A DNA stretch of 64,000 nt from Candidatus Poribacteria bacterium (GTDB taxonomy: Bacteria > Poribacteria > WGA-4E > GCA-2687025). Shown here piece by piece: positions 1-8,738 of the stretch (the stretch's first letter is position 1; each line of letters starts with the position of its first letter). The notes beneath the pieces were generated by a model that saw nothing but the letters and a program-made list of their open reading frames with translations, searched no databases and was not told where the DNA came from. The DNA lies in NCBI GenBank assembly GCA_026004875.1, contig BPJZ01000008.1, positions 49,253 to 113,252 on the forward strand, in the 5' to 3' direction. The translations under genes and the position numbers were made by a program.

Positions 1-1
1 G

Positions 2-199
2 GAAGCGGGTCGCATCGTTGAGCGGGGCACCCATGAGTCTTTGTTAGCTCTGGGCGGCCTCTACGCTCGACTCCACGAGATTCAGTTCCGAACGGACGCG
101 ACCGGCTCCCCGCCGCGAACCTCCCCGCCAGCGCAGGTCCCCTTCCGCGATCGGGAGGAGGAGCCCCCCTTCTCGCTGGACCTGGACTCGATCTCCTGA
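2..199 (+). CDS. ABC exporter ATP-binding domain, C-terminal fragment (5' end outside window)
   Basis: Frame 2 reads [29 protein letters not shown], a typical tail of MsbA-like ABC ATPases, followed by a Pro/Glu-rich tail. Stop TGA at 197-199. Confidence 0.7.
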   Translation, partial: EAGRIVERGTHESLLALGGLYARLHEIQFRTDATGSPPRTSPPAQVPFRDREEEPPFSLDLDSIS

Positions 200-299
200 C
201 GTCCGGAGAGGCCTTGTCGTTGCGCTCGACGAGCGCCCTCTAGACGGAGAGGCTTGGTAAGGCGGCGGATCATCCGGTACAATAGAACCGAGTGGAGAG

Positions 300-686
300 T
301 TGGACGGTCGAAAGCGAGAAGCGGTGATTCGTTATCCCGTGCCCAAGTGGATGCGGCTGATCTACCACCTGCCGAGCATCTTGCGCCTGTTTGTGCGGCT
401 GTGGAAAGACCCGCGCGTTCCGGTCTATAGAAAAGCGATCCCCGTGCTCTCCGGTCTGTTGGGCCTAGCGGTGGGATTGGCCTACCTGGCGATGCCATTG
501 GACGCGCTGCCTGACTTCTTGCCGCTTCCGTTGATCAACCGCGCCGACGACTTTTTTCTGCTGGTGATCCTGATGACGCTCCCAGGGATCTGGTTGTTCA
601 TCAAGTTCGCCCCTCGCTCCGTGGTCGCGGAGCACATCGAAGCGATTGAGCAGTCCTCCCGCCGATCGTGGGGGGCTTGGCCTTAG
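300..686 (+). CDS. DUF1232 (YkvA-like) small membrane protein
   Basis: Contains KDPRVPVYRKAIPVL...YLAMPLDALPDFLPLPLINRADDFFLL, which matches the DUF1232 signature (P-x-D-x-IPDF-x-P-x-G-x-DD). Two hydrophobic segments. Exact start uncertain (TTG at 300). Confidence 0.65.
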   Translation: MDGRKREAVIRYPVPKWMRLIYHLPSILRLFVRLWKDPRVPVYRKAIPVLSGLLGLAVGLAYLAMPLDALPDFLPLPLINRADDFFLLVILMTLPGIWLFIKFAPRSVVAEHIEAIEQSSRRSWGAWP

Positions 687-808
687 GCCGAAATGAGGCC
701 GAAACGAGTTGGAGAACCGTCCTCTTCTCACCCACTTCGAGGAACCACCTGCTTCGTGTCTTGTCCAGTCCGTTTCGGTTTGTTTTTTACCTGCAAGGAG
801 AACCTCTC

Positions 809-1963
809 ATGAAGAGTCTGCTTCGAGTGGCCACGTTGTTCGTCCTGGGAGCCGTCGCCCTTGGGGGACGTGCGGAGACCGCCCAGGAGCTCCTCGCTCG
901 TGTTGCGGAGCGCTATACCAGCGCGAGGCGCTACCACTTCCAATCGGTCGAGGTGATTCAACTGCTTGGCGAGGGGATGGAAAGCGTCCGCCTGGAAACG
1001 GAGGTCACCATCGCCGCCGACGAGCCGAACCGTCGTTATCTCATTGACGTTCGAAACCCCTTCGATGCGCTGCACATCGTCTCCGACGGCCAGACGATGA
1101 CGCTGTACAACCCGATGGAGAACATCTACAGGCGAGAGTCGATCCCCCCGGGCGAGGAGCTTCCGGAGGACCACCCGCTCTCGATCGTCGCCAACTGGAT
1201 GAGCCTTTACCGCGGACTGGCCGAGTCGGTAGACTCGGCGAAGCTCTTGGAGATCGAGACGGTCCAGGTGGGGGAGGAGAAGGTTCGGGCCCAGAAGGTC
1301 GAGGTAATCTTTAAGCCGGATCGAGTGCCGCCCCAGCTAGGCGACCCGCGGCCCAAGACCTTCTGGGTGGACCCCCAGGCGACCCGCGTCGTCCAGATCG
1401 CCTATCCCCAGACGTTGGCGCTCAACGAAGGGGCCACCGTCGAAGCGATGAACACCACCCGGTTCCGTCGGATTCAGATCGGCGAGGAGCTCCCCGCTGA
1501 GCTGTTCACCTTCCAGCCACCGGAGGGAGCGATCGAAGAGAAGCTGCTCACCGGTGAGGAGGCCCCGGATTTCACCCTTCCCAACCTGGAGGGGAAAGCG
1601 GTCCAGCTCAAACAGCTGCGCGGCAAGGTGGTGCTGCTGGACTTCTGGGCGACCTGGTGCGGCCCCTGCCTGGAGGAGCTGCCCATCCTCCAGAAGCTTC
1701 ACGAGGAGTTCGCCGAGAAAGGCTTGGTGGTCTTGGGCGTCAATAACGAAGAGCTGCCGACAGTCCAGGCCTTCTATCAGGAGCACGGTCTGACCTTCCA
1801 GACGGTCAGCGATCCCCAGAACACCGTCTTCCGGCGCTACGTTGTGCGGAACATTCCCACCGTTTTGGTGATCAACCGGGAAGGGGTCGTTGTCGCGCAC
1901 TACATCGGCGCTCAGACCGAGGAGACGCTCCGAAGCGCCTTGGCTAAGGCCGGGCTGGAGTAG
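809..1963 (+). CDS. Periplasmic thiol:disulfide oxidoreductase, TlpA/ResA-like, with an N-terminal LolA-like domain
   Basis: ATG at 809 gives signal peptide MKSLLRVATLFVLGAVALGG. The C-terminal thioredoxin fold has VVLLDFWATWCGPCLEELP (WCxxC). Confidence 0.85.
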   Translation: MKSLLRVATLFVLGAVALGGRAETAQELLARVAERYTSARRYHFQSVEVIQLLGEGMESVRLETEVTIAADEPNRRYLIDVRNPFDALHIVSDGQTMTLYNPMENIYRRESIPPGEELPEDHPLSIVANWMSLYRGLAESVDSAKLLEIETVQVGEEKVRAQKVEVIFKPDRVPPQLGDPRPKTFWVDPQATRVVQIAYPQTLALNEGATVEAMNTTRFRRIQIGEELPAELFTFQPPEGAIEEKLLTGEEAPDFTLPNLEGKAVQLKQLRGKVVLLDFWATWCGPCLEELPILQKLHEEFAEKGLVVLGVNNEELPTVQAFYQEHGLTFQTVSDPQNTVFRRYVVRNIPTVLVINREGVVVAHYIGAQTEETLRSALAKAGLE

Positions 1964-1974
1964 GCCATTTCCGC

Positions 1975-2023
1975 GGGAGGGGCTGGGGCCCCTCCCTCCA
2001 CTCCCGGAGGGGAGCGGCTTTTC
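1975..2023 (+). terminator. Terminator-like hairpins downstream of the tlpA-like gene
   Basis: GGGAGGGGC (1975-1983) pairs with GCCCCTCCC (1988-1996). A second short hairpin CTCCC/GGGAG follows, then CGGCTTTT. Confidence 0.4.
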
Positions 2024-2030
2024 GATCGGT

Positions 2031-2060
2031 TTGACAGGGGAGAGCTTGGTTCGCTATACT
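2031..2060 (+). promoter_or_regulatory. Sigma-70-type promoter of the feo operon
   Basis: TTGACA (2031-2036), 18-nt spacer, TATACT (2055-2060). Confidence 0.55.
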
Positions 2061-2168
2061 CGTATCGGACGGCGGCAGCAATCAGCCGCCGGGGTTTTGG
2101 GACGGTAAATGAGATTGGGTCTCAACATCGTCGCTCCGGCCACCGCCGGGACAAAGAGGAAAACAGCG

Positions 2169-2477
2169 ATGGAAGCGCGTTGGCGGCAGTTCTTTAACCC
2201 CTTCAAAAGATATCGAGACGCAGTCTCATCTCCTGACGGCCCGATCCCGCTCAACTCGGCTTGCCCCGGGGTCTGTTGGCGGGTTGTACGGGTCCACCCT
2301 GACTCGCCGGAGCTCTGCCGGCTTTGTGAGATGGGGTTGACGCCCGGATGTCAGCTCCGAGTGGTCCGCGGCGGACGAAGGGACGAGCCGATCGTGATCG
2401 AGATGGGTGAAAGTCGCGTCTGCCTGAACGCTCAAATCGCCGAGAAGGTCTGGGTTCAAGACGCCCTGAGCGCTTAA
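2169..2477 (+). CDS. feoA: FeoA-domain protein (first copy)
   Basis: C-terminal half (CRLCEMGLTPGCQLRVVRGG...PIVIEMGESRVCLNAQIAEKVWV) is an FeoA SH3-like domain. Start ambiguous (2109 or 2169). Confidence 0.7.
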   Translation: MEARWRQFFNPFKRYRDAVSSPDGPIPLNSACPGVCWRVVRVHPDSPELCRLCEMGLTPGCQLRVVRGGRRDEPIVIEMGESRVCLNAQIAEKVWVQDALSA

Positions 2478-2491
2478 CCTCGGGAGCGACG

Positions 2492-2725
2492 ATGATGGTG
2501 CGCCTCTCGGAGTTGAGACCCGGTCAGGTCGGTATCGTTCAGCGAATCGAAGCGGACGACGCACTCCGCCTCCGACTGATGGAGATGGGACTCCTGCGCG
2601 GTGAGCGGGTGCGCGTTCTCAAATACGCCCCTTTGGGCGACCCCATCGAGCTGGAAGTTGGACTCTACCACCTCTCGTTGCGACGCCGTGAGGCAGAAAC
2701 GATCCTCGTCGAGATGGAGCCATGA
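2492..2725 (+). CDS. feoA: FeoA ferrous iron transport protein A
   Basis: 77 aa. LSELRPGQVGIVQRI...LRLMEMGLLRGERVRVLKYAPLGDPIELEV is a canonical FeoA. Its stop overlaps the feoB start. Confidence 0.9.
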   Translation: MMVRLSELRPGQVGIVQRIEADDALRLRLMEMGLLRGERVRVLKYAPLGDPIELEVGLYHLSLRRREAETILVEMEP

Positions 2726-4932
2726 ACCAGAGACGGCGCGGAGCGCCCACCACCAAGCAGGTTTCCAAACGCTTGGTCGCCCTGGCCGGAAATCCTAACT
2801 CGGGCAAGACGACCGTTTTTAACGCCTTGACCGGCCTTCGCCAAAAGGTGGGCAACTACGCCGGCGTGACCGTCGAAAAGAAACTAGGCCTCCTGACCCT
2901 CCCCGACGGGACGACGATCGAGATCTTGGATCTCCCAGGTGCGTACAGTCTGACCGCCCGTTCGCCGGAGGAGCAGATCGCTCGGAACGTCCTGCTGGGC
3001 GAGGTGCCCGACACCCCTCGTCCCGATCTGGTGGTCTTGGTCGTTGACGGGAGCAACCTGGAGCGAAACCTTTACCTCGCCACCCAAGTCTTGGACATGG
3101 GCCTTCCTGCTATCATCGCGCTGAACATGATGGACGTCGCCCAAGGACGCGGCCTCCAGGTAGACGCTGCCCAGTTGGAACGGTGGCTTGGGGTGCCGGT
3201 AGTCCCGCTGATCGCCTCCAAGGGGGTGGGCATCGATCGGCTCAAGGAGCTGATCGCCCGCTCGGAGCTCCCACGACCTCCCGCACGGCGCTGGAAGGCG
3301 GCTCCGGAGGTCGAAGAGGCGATCCAGACGGTGGCTCAGGCGCTCCGACGCACCGGAACGGTGCCGGAAGAGGCCGTCGAGGCGGAGGCGATCCGCCTGA
3401 TCGGCTTGGAAGGAACCCCTTCCCTCTTGCAGGAACGGGGGGGCCCGGAGCTGGTCCAAGCCGTCCGACAGGCACGGGAGCGGCTCCAAGCTGCAGGCCA
3501 CTCCCCGGCCACCTTCGAGGCCGAGGCTCGTTACGAGTGGATCCGAAGTCTCACCCGCGAAGTGGTCCGTCGGAGCGGTCCCCCGCCGGTGACCCTGAGC
3601 GACCGCGTGGATCAGGTGCTCACCCACCGAGTCTTCGGCCCGATCGCTTTTATCGCGTTGATGGCGCTGGTCTTCCAGACGGTCTTCACCTGGGCGACGA
3701 TCCCCGCCGACTGGATTGACGCCGCGATGGTGGCGTTGGGCGATTGGATCCGGAACCTGATGCCTCCAGGGGCGTTCCGGAGCCTCCTGGCCGATGGTGT
3801 CATCGGGGGCGTCGGCAGCGTCCTGGTGTTTCTGCCCCAGATTTTGGCCCTGTTCTTCTTCATCAGCCTGATGGAGGACACCGGCTACATGGCCCGCGTG
3901 GCCTTTATGATGGACCGGATCATGCGCCGAGTGGGGCTCCATGGGAAGGCGTTTGTCCCGCTGCTCAGTTCCTTTGCCTGTGCTGTTCCGGGGATTATGG
4001 CCACCCGGACGATTGAGAATCCCCGCGATCGGCTGGTGACCATCATGGCCGCTCCGCTGATCACCTGCAGTGCCCGGCTGCCGATCTACACGCTCCTGAT
4101 CGCTGCGTTCATTCCTGGGGGCGCGACGGTCAAGGCGTTGACGATGTTGAGCCTTTATCTGATGGGGATCGTTGGTTCGATCACCGTCGCCTTTGTGCTC
4201 AAAAAGACGCTCTTGAAGGGGGAAACGCCGCCGTTGGTCCTGGAGCTGCCCGCTTACAAGTGGCCCTCTTGGAAGGCAGTCCTGTTGACGATGTGGGATC
4301 GCTCGCGCCACTTCCTCCGTCGTGCCGGAACGATCATCCTGGGCGTGGCGATTCTGTTGTGGTTCTTGACCTCCTACCCGTCGCCGCCGGAGTCGGTTCT
4401 TGCGCCGATCGAGGCTCGGCGGGCGGAGCTGCTCCGCCAGAACCCCAGCGATCCGGCGGTTGCCCAAGCGCTGGCCGAACTGGATAACCAGGAGGCCTCG
4501 CTGAACATCCAGTACAGCTTCGCGGGATACTTCGGACGGGCGATCGAGCCGGCCCTTCGACCGTTGGGCTTTGACTGGCGGATCGGGATCGGCATCTTCT
4601 CCTCCTTTGCCGCTCGTGAGGTGTTCGTCAGCACGATGGGGACGATCTACAGCGTCGGGGCGGTGGACGAGGAGACTACTCCCCTCATCGAGCGGCTCCA
4701 GTCGGCAACCTGGCAGTCGGGGCCTCTGCAGGGGCAGCCGATCTTCACTCTCCCCACCGCCGTGGCCTTGCTGGTCTTTTACGTGTTCGCTTTGCAGTGC
4801 ATGTCCACGGTGGTGACGATGGCTCGCGAGACCGGCTCGTGGAAGTGGCCCGCCTTCGCCTGGACCTATATGGCAGCGATGGCCTATGTGGGGGCGTTCC
4901 TGGCCCGGCATTTGGTGCTCTGGTTGGCTTAA
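2722..4932 (+). CDS. feoB: FeoB ferrous iron transporter (GTPase plus permease)
   Basis: G1 motif ALAGNPNSGKTTVFNALTG, DLPG motif, and a long polytopic C-terminal gate region. 736 aa, uninterrupted. Confidence 0.95.
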   Translation: MNQRRRGAPTTKQVSKRLVALAGNPNSGKTTVFNALTGLRQKVGNYAGVTVEKKLGLLTLPDGTTIEILDLPGAYSLTARSPEEQIARNVLLGEVPDTPRPDLVVLVVDGSNLERNLYLATQVLDMGLPAIIALNMMDVAQGRGLQVDAAQLERWLGVPVVPLIASKGVGIDRLKELIARSELPRPPARRWKAAPEVEEAIQTVAQALRRTGTVPEEAVEAEAIRLIGLEGTPSLLQERGGPELVQAVRQARERLQAAGHSPATFEAEARYEWIRSLTREVVRRSGPPPVTLSDRVDQVLTHRVFGPIAFIALMALVFQTVFTWATIPADWIDAAMVALGDWIRNLMPPGAFRSLLADGVIGGVGSVLVFLPQILALFFFISLMEDTGYMARVAFMMDRIMRRVGLHGKAFVPLLSSFACAVPGIMATRTIENPRDRLVTIMAAPLITCSARLPIYTLLIAAFIPGGATVKALTMLSLYLMGIVGSITVAFVLKKTLLKGETPPLVLELPAYKWPSWKAVLLTMWDRSRHFLRRAGTIILGVAILLWFLTSYPSPPESVLAPIEARRAELLRQNPSDPAVAQALAELDNQEASLNIQYSFAGYFGRAIEPALRPLGFDWRIGIGIFSSFAAREVFVSTMGTIYSVGAVDEETTPLIERLQSATWQSGPLQGQPIFTLPTAVALLVFYVFALQCMSTVVTMARETGSWKWPAFAWTYMAAMAYVGAFLARHLVLWLA

Positions 4933-4947
4933 CGGAGGGCTCAAACG

Positions 4948-5241
4948 ATGTGGCAGGACGTAGCCGCTCTGGGAACGGTTGGCCTCACGGCAGGATGGTT
5001 TCTCTACCGTTTCGTCCGGCGCCGTCGCTCCGGGAGGCCCGCGACGCTCTGCGACGGGTGCAGCGCGGCCTCCTCGCGGGTGCCAAAGTCGGCGCCAACC
5101 TATCTGATCCCCACCGAGACGCTGGAGCTGTTCGGCAAGCAGCAAGAGGCTAGTGGGACTCCTCCTCGCTCCGGAGCTGCCCCCATGTTGTCGCCTTCAG
5201 ACCCTCCGGCGAGACGGGAAGCGTCTCCAAAGGGCGGCTGA
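4948..5241 (+). CDS. FeoB-associated Cys-rich small membrane protein (3' end uncertain)
   Basis: Lies immediately after feoB. One TM helix (AALGTVGLTAGWFLYRFV), then RRRR and CDGC. The tail overlaps the convergent gene by about 90 nt, so the true stop may be earlier or shifted. Confidence 0.5.
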   Translation: MWQDVAALGTVGLTAGWFLYRFVRRRRSGRPATLCDGCSAASSRVPKSAPTYLIPTETLELFGKQQEASGTPPRSGAAPMLSPSDPPARREASPKGG

Positions 5242-6025
5242 GCGAAGCGGCAACGATCTTCCACGCTCCCGCTCGGCGCTCCAGTTGAAGGGAGACTCGA
5301 CGGTCCTCAAGGCGCTGATAGGCAATTGCTCGCCGGCTGGGAGGTGAGACGAGCAGCCGCATGGCATCCGCGTTCAACGCCTCGGGAATCGGTGTGAAGG
5401 CCATCTGCACTAGTGCCCCCGGCCCGACCCACTCGCGTCCTAGGTCGTCTACGAATAGAAAGCTCTCCGCCTCCAACAGTGGCTGAAGCGCAGCGTGGTC
5501 CCCTGCGTCCAACGCAATCGCCGCGGCGGTCATCGTCTCGATCGGCTCCAAGAGTTGCCCATAGGCTGGACGTGGGTCAAAACCGGCGGGCGGCAGATCC
5601 AGCGTTCCACCGTCCAGGTCGGCGACCAGCACCTCCCATCCGTCGGCCCCCCAAGTGAGCCGAGCGACGCAGGTGCCCTCCTCCCCGTCCTCCCCGAGCT
5701 CCCAGTCGAAAAACAGCCATATCTCCGGGGCGTTCAGCACGACGGCGGGGCGGACGAGTCGCATCGGTGCCCCACCCTCGAACCGGTCGGCAAGCAGCCC
5801 GCCGATCTCTTCCCGGCCGTTGCGAACTCCGGCCCTCTCGTAAAGCTGCCCCTCCGGAACGAAGAGCTTCGCGAAGCCCTCCCGATCCCCCCGACGGATC
5901 GCTTCGGCCATCTGCTCCGCGACCTGAACGGCGGCCTCCCCCCGCTCGAAAATCGCGTCGGCAGAGGCTCTCCCCGAAACCCCTAACCCCAATATCGTCA
6001 CCAACCAAACGGCCAATTTTTGCAA
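5150..6025 (-). CDS. Secreted hypothetical protein, possibly tandem NTF2/SnoaL-like folds, with a C-terminal GLKATTWGQLRS tail
   Basis: Likely TTG start at 6025, 6 nt after AAGGAG, giving signal peptide (M)QKLAVWLVTILGLGVSGRASA. Ends VSPEGLKATTWGQLRSEEESH. Confidence 0.6.
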   Translation of the reverse strand: MQKLAVWLVTILGLGVSGRASADAIFERGEAAVQVAEQMAEAIRRGDREGFAKLFVPEGQLYERAGVRNGREEIGGLLADRFEGGAPMRLVRPAVVLNAPEIWLFFDWELGEDGEEGTCVARLTWGADGWEVLVADLDGGTLDLPPAGFDPRPAYGQLLEPIETMTAAAIALDAGDHAALQPLLEAESFLFVDDLGREWVGPGALVQMAFTPIPEALNADAMRLLVSPPSRRAIAYQRLEDRRVSLQLERRAGAWKIVAASLSRPLETLPVSPEGLKATTWGQLRSEEESH

Positions 6026-6119
6026 CGATTGCTCCTTTTTCCTCCCCACGGACCGTTCCCCCAGCTCTCAAGGACTACTATTCTCAGAGAAGGAGAAAAC
6101 GATTCGAAAGGCGCCTGCG

Positions 6120-6458
6120 ATGACGGAAAAGATTCCCCCAAGGCGGGTTCAGGTGGATCGCGATCGGGCGGTCACAATCACTTGGAAGGACGGAACGACC
6201 AGCGTTTACCCGATCGCTTATCTTCGGCAGCATTGCCCCTGCGCCACCTGTCAGGAGCAGCGGGAGGAGGCTACCAACCCGCTTCGTGTCCTGCCTTCGG
6301 GCACCCCTGTCCCCGAGGAGCTCACCATCGCTCACGTCGAGCCGGTCGGACATTACGCGCTCCGCTTTCGGTTCTCCGATGGCCATGCAGGAGGGATCTA
6401 CTCTTGGGAGTACCTCTTGAAGATCGCTCCGCCGACGGAAGGGGAGTCCTCCTCATAA
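6120..6458 (+). CDS. DUF971 family protein
   Basis: VTITWKDGTTSVYPIAYLRQHCPCATC...GHYALRFRFSDGHAGGIYSWEYL matches the DUF971 pattern (gamma-butyrobetaine hydroxylase N-terminal-like). Confidence 0.8.
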   Translation: MTEKIPPRRVQVDRDRAVTITWKDGTTSVYPIAYLRQHCPCATCQEQREEATNPLRVLPSGTPVPEELTIAHVEPVGHYALRFRFSDGHAGGIYSWEYLLKIAPPTEGESSS

Positions 6459-6465
6459 AAGAAGC

Positions 6466-6494
6466 GGCGCAGGAGCTATCTCCAACCCTGCGCC
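6466..6494. terminator. Hairpin between convergent genes (possible bidirectional terminator)
   Basis: GGCGCAGG (6466-6473) pairs with CCTGCGCC (6487-6494). Followed by GTTTCTCTT on the plus strand and by a T-rich stretch on the minus strand. Confidence 0.5.
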
Positions 6495-6525
6495 GTTTCT
6501 CTTCCTGGTGTCAAGCCGTCCTGTG

Positions 6526-7143
6526 TTAGCGCTTCAGCTGGGCCCAGGTGGTGGCCAGCTTGCCCGCCGGATCGACGGCTTGGGGTTGCTCCTGACCCCA
6601 CTCCTCATAGGGGATGTACTCCCCTTCGTACCAGCGGACTTCGTCCATCCAGAGCGTCGCTGCGTTGAACGCGACGTGGAGCGTCAGCGACGCCGGGACG
6701 ACATCGGCGGGCGTCTGCCAGGTGGTCCAGAACTCCTGATACTCGTCGGTGACGTCCACCTGCTTTTCGCCGTAGCCGGTCCACGGGTCGACGGCCAACT
6801 CCGGTTTGATGTTGATCCGGACCGGCGGGTCCGCCTTCATGAAGAAGGCCCAGGTGTACTGAACGCCGCCCTCAAAGAAGATGTTCTCACCGGCGCCCTT
6901 GTACTGAACACCGGAGTCCCAGAAGTTGACGCCGGCTGCGGCCACCTCGATCTTGAGCGCCTCACTTCCCGCAAAGGCGTCCTGCTTGTCGGCCATGCTC
7001 AGCACCGCCTGGCCGTAAGCGGTCCAAGGAGCTACTACCCCGTCTTCAAATCCCCAGTTGGGGATCAGGTTCTCCGGCGTTTCCGCCGCGTAGGCAGCAG
7101 CCACTAACCCCAGAGCGAGAATTGATCCGATCAACCCTTTCAT
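6526..7143 (-). CDS. Secreted CBM4_9-like carbohydrate-binding-module protein, paralog 1, with C-terminal GKLATTWAQLKR tail
   Basis: AGGAGG RBS. Signal peptide MKGLIGSILALGLVAAAYA. NLIPNWGFEDG...NFWDSGVQY...YTWAFFMKAD is typical of CBM4_9-type jelly rolls. Confidence 0.8.
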   Translation of the reverse strand: MKGLIGSILALGLVAAAYAAETPENLIPNWGFEDGVVAPWTAYGQAVLSMADKQDAFAGSEALKIEVAAAGVNFWDSGVQYKGAGENIFFEGGVQYTWAFFMKADPPVRINIKPELAVDPWTGYGEKQVDVTDEYQEFWTTWQTPADVVPASLTLHVAFNAATLWMDEVRWYEGEYIPYEEWGQEQPQAVDPAGKLATTWAQLKR

Positions 7144-7309
7144 CGAACGTGCCTCCTTTGGCGTTATTTCCCTTAGTTAGAGATAGCCCTCATAGCTGAC
7201 CTGAATATTACCCGCGAGTAAACAATTTATAAACCAATCGGGTCGAAGCTGTACAGGGATGCGGGCCCCAATTGTACCGTACGTTTGGGGCCCGTATCCT
7301 AGCGAACTC

Positions 7310-7894
7310 TTAGCGCTTCAGCTGGGCCCAGGTGGTGGCCAGCTTGCCTTTGGGATCCACCGCCGTGACCGATTCGTAGGGAACGTACTCTCCGACGTAC
7401 CAGCGAGCGGCATCGATCCAGAGCGTCGCCGCGTCAAAGGCCACGTGAAGCGTTAGCGAAGCGGGCTGAACCAGGGTGTCCGGCGTCCAGGTGGCATAGA
7501 ACTCCTGCCAATCGGTGGTCAACTCGACCTGGTGCTCGCCGTACCCCGTCCAGGGGTCCTGAGCCAGCTCCGGCTTGATATTGATGTTCACGGTGTGGTC
7601 GGCCTTAGCGAAGAAGGCCCAGGTGTAGGTCGTCCCTGCCTCGAAGACGACCCCCTCTTGGTACTGAACGCCGGAGTCCCAGAAGTTGGCCCCAGCTGCG
7701 GGCACCTCCACCTGGAGGGCGAAGCTACCTTCGTAGACGTTGTCGCTGGTCACCGAGAGCGTCGCCTGCCCGTAGGAGATCCACGGGTCCACGACGCCGT
7801 CTTCCAAGCCACCGTTTCGGAGCATATTCTCCTGTGCCAGCGCCATCGAGCCGCTTAGCGCCAGCGCCGCAACGACTGCAATCCACCGTCTCAT
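7310..7894 (-). CDS. Secreted CBM4_9-like protein, paralog 2, with C-terminal GKLATTWAQLKR tail
   Basis: Signal peptide MRRWIAVVAALALSGSMALA. Same conserved blocks as paralog 1. Confidence 0.8.
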   Translation of the reverse strand: MRRWIAVVAALALSGSMALAQENMLRNGGLEDGVVDPWISYGQATLSVTSDNVYEGSFALQVEVPAAGANFWDSGVQYQEGVVFEAGTTYTWAFFAKADHTVNINIKPELAQDPWTGYGEHQVELTTDWQEFYATWTPDTLVQPASLTLHVAFDAATLWIDAARWYVGEYVPYESVTAVDPKGKLATTWAQLKR

Positions 7895-7946
7895 GAGTCC
7901 GCGTTCCTCCTTTCGAACGGTTTACCTTGTGGTAGGCCTTCAGGGG

Positions 7947-8573
7947 CTACCGACCCTTCAACGCACCCCAGGTGACGGTCAGCTTCCCAACAGGATTGAC
8001 CGCCTGGGGAACCTCTCCAATCCACTCCTCGTAGGGGATGTATTCCCCTTCATACCAGCGCGGCGCGTCCATCCAGAGTGTCGCCGCGTCAAAGGCCACG
8101 TGAAGCGTTAGCTGCGCTGGGATTACGTCCTGGGGCGTCTGCCAGGTGGTCCAGAACTCCTGATACTCCTCGGTCACGAGCACCTGCCTTTCGCCGTAGC
8201 CGGTCCACGGGTCCTGAGCCAACTCCGGCTTAATGTTGACGTTGACCGGGTGATCCGCCTTCATGAAGAAGGCCCAGGTATAGGTCACCCCCTGCTCGAA
8301 GACCAGCGGCTGACCGGCGCCCCGATACTGGACGCCGGAGTCCCAGAAGTTGACTCCTGCCGCCGCGACGGTGATCTGTAGTGCCTCGGTCCCCTCGTAC
8401 GCGTCGTTTCGATTGGCCATCGCAAAGGCCACCTGGCCGTAAAACACCCAGGGGTCGGGAACACCGTCCTCAAAGCCTTCGTTAGGGATCAGGTTGGGCA
8501 TCTCGTCGCGGGGGGCGGCCCAGGCGGCAAGCGCCACTACGCAGGCAAGCACGAAAAATATTCTCTGACGCAA
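7947..8573 (-). CDS. Secreted CBM4_9-like protein, paralog 3, with C-terminal GKLTVTWGALKGR tail
   Basis: TTG at 8573 lies 6 nt after AAGGAGAG and gives (M)RQRIFFVLACVVALAAWA. The longer ORF reaching 8699 is probably upstream read-through. Confidence 0.75.
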   Translation of the reverse strand: MRQRIFFVLACVVALAAWAAPRDEMPNLIPNEGFEDGVPDPWVFYGQVAFAMANRNDAYEGTEALQITVAAAGVNFWDSGVQYRGAGQPLVFEQGVTYTWAFFMKADHPVNVNIKPELAQDPWTGYGERQVLVTEEYQEFWTTWQTPQDVIPAQLTLHVAFDAATLWMDAPRWYEGEYIPYEEWIGEVPQAVNPVGKLTVTWGALKGR

Positions 8574-8738
8574 TATAGTCTCTCCTTTTTGCGCGCATCT
8601 ACTCTCTTCTCGGCTGGGTCCTGACATTACGGTAACAGAACCCATCCCGTAGCTCAGTAATAGGATAACGAGCGATGCACGAGGCTGACAAGAGCACAAC
8701 AGGAGAGAAAATGAGTTTCGCCGGGAGAGGAAACCGTT

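Noticed and set aside
2000-2110. Fur or DtxR/IdeR box upstream of feoA
   Set aside because: No AT-rich 19-bp Fur-like palindrome or TTAGGTTAGCCTAACCTAA-like sequence is present in the promoter region.
2884-5145. 753-aa ORF antisense to feoB
   Set aside because: The translation is Arg/Gly/Pro/His-rich with no motifs and lies entirely opposite a well-supported feoB. This is a typical long open antisense frame of high-GC DNA.
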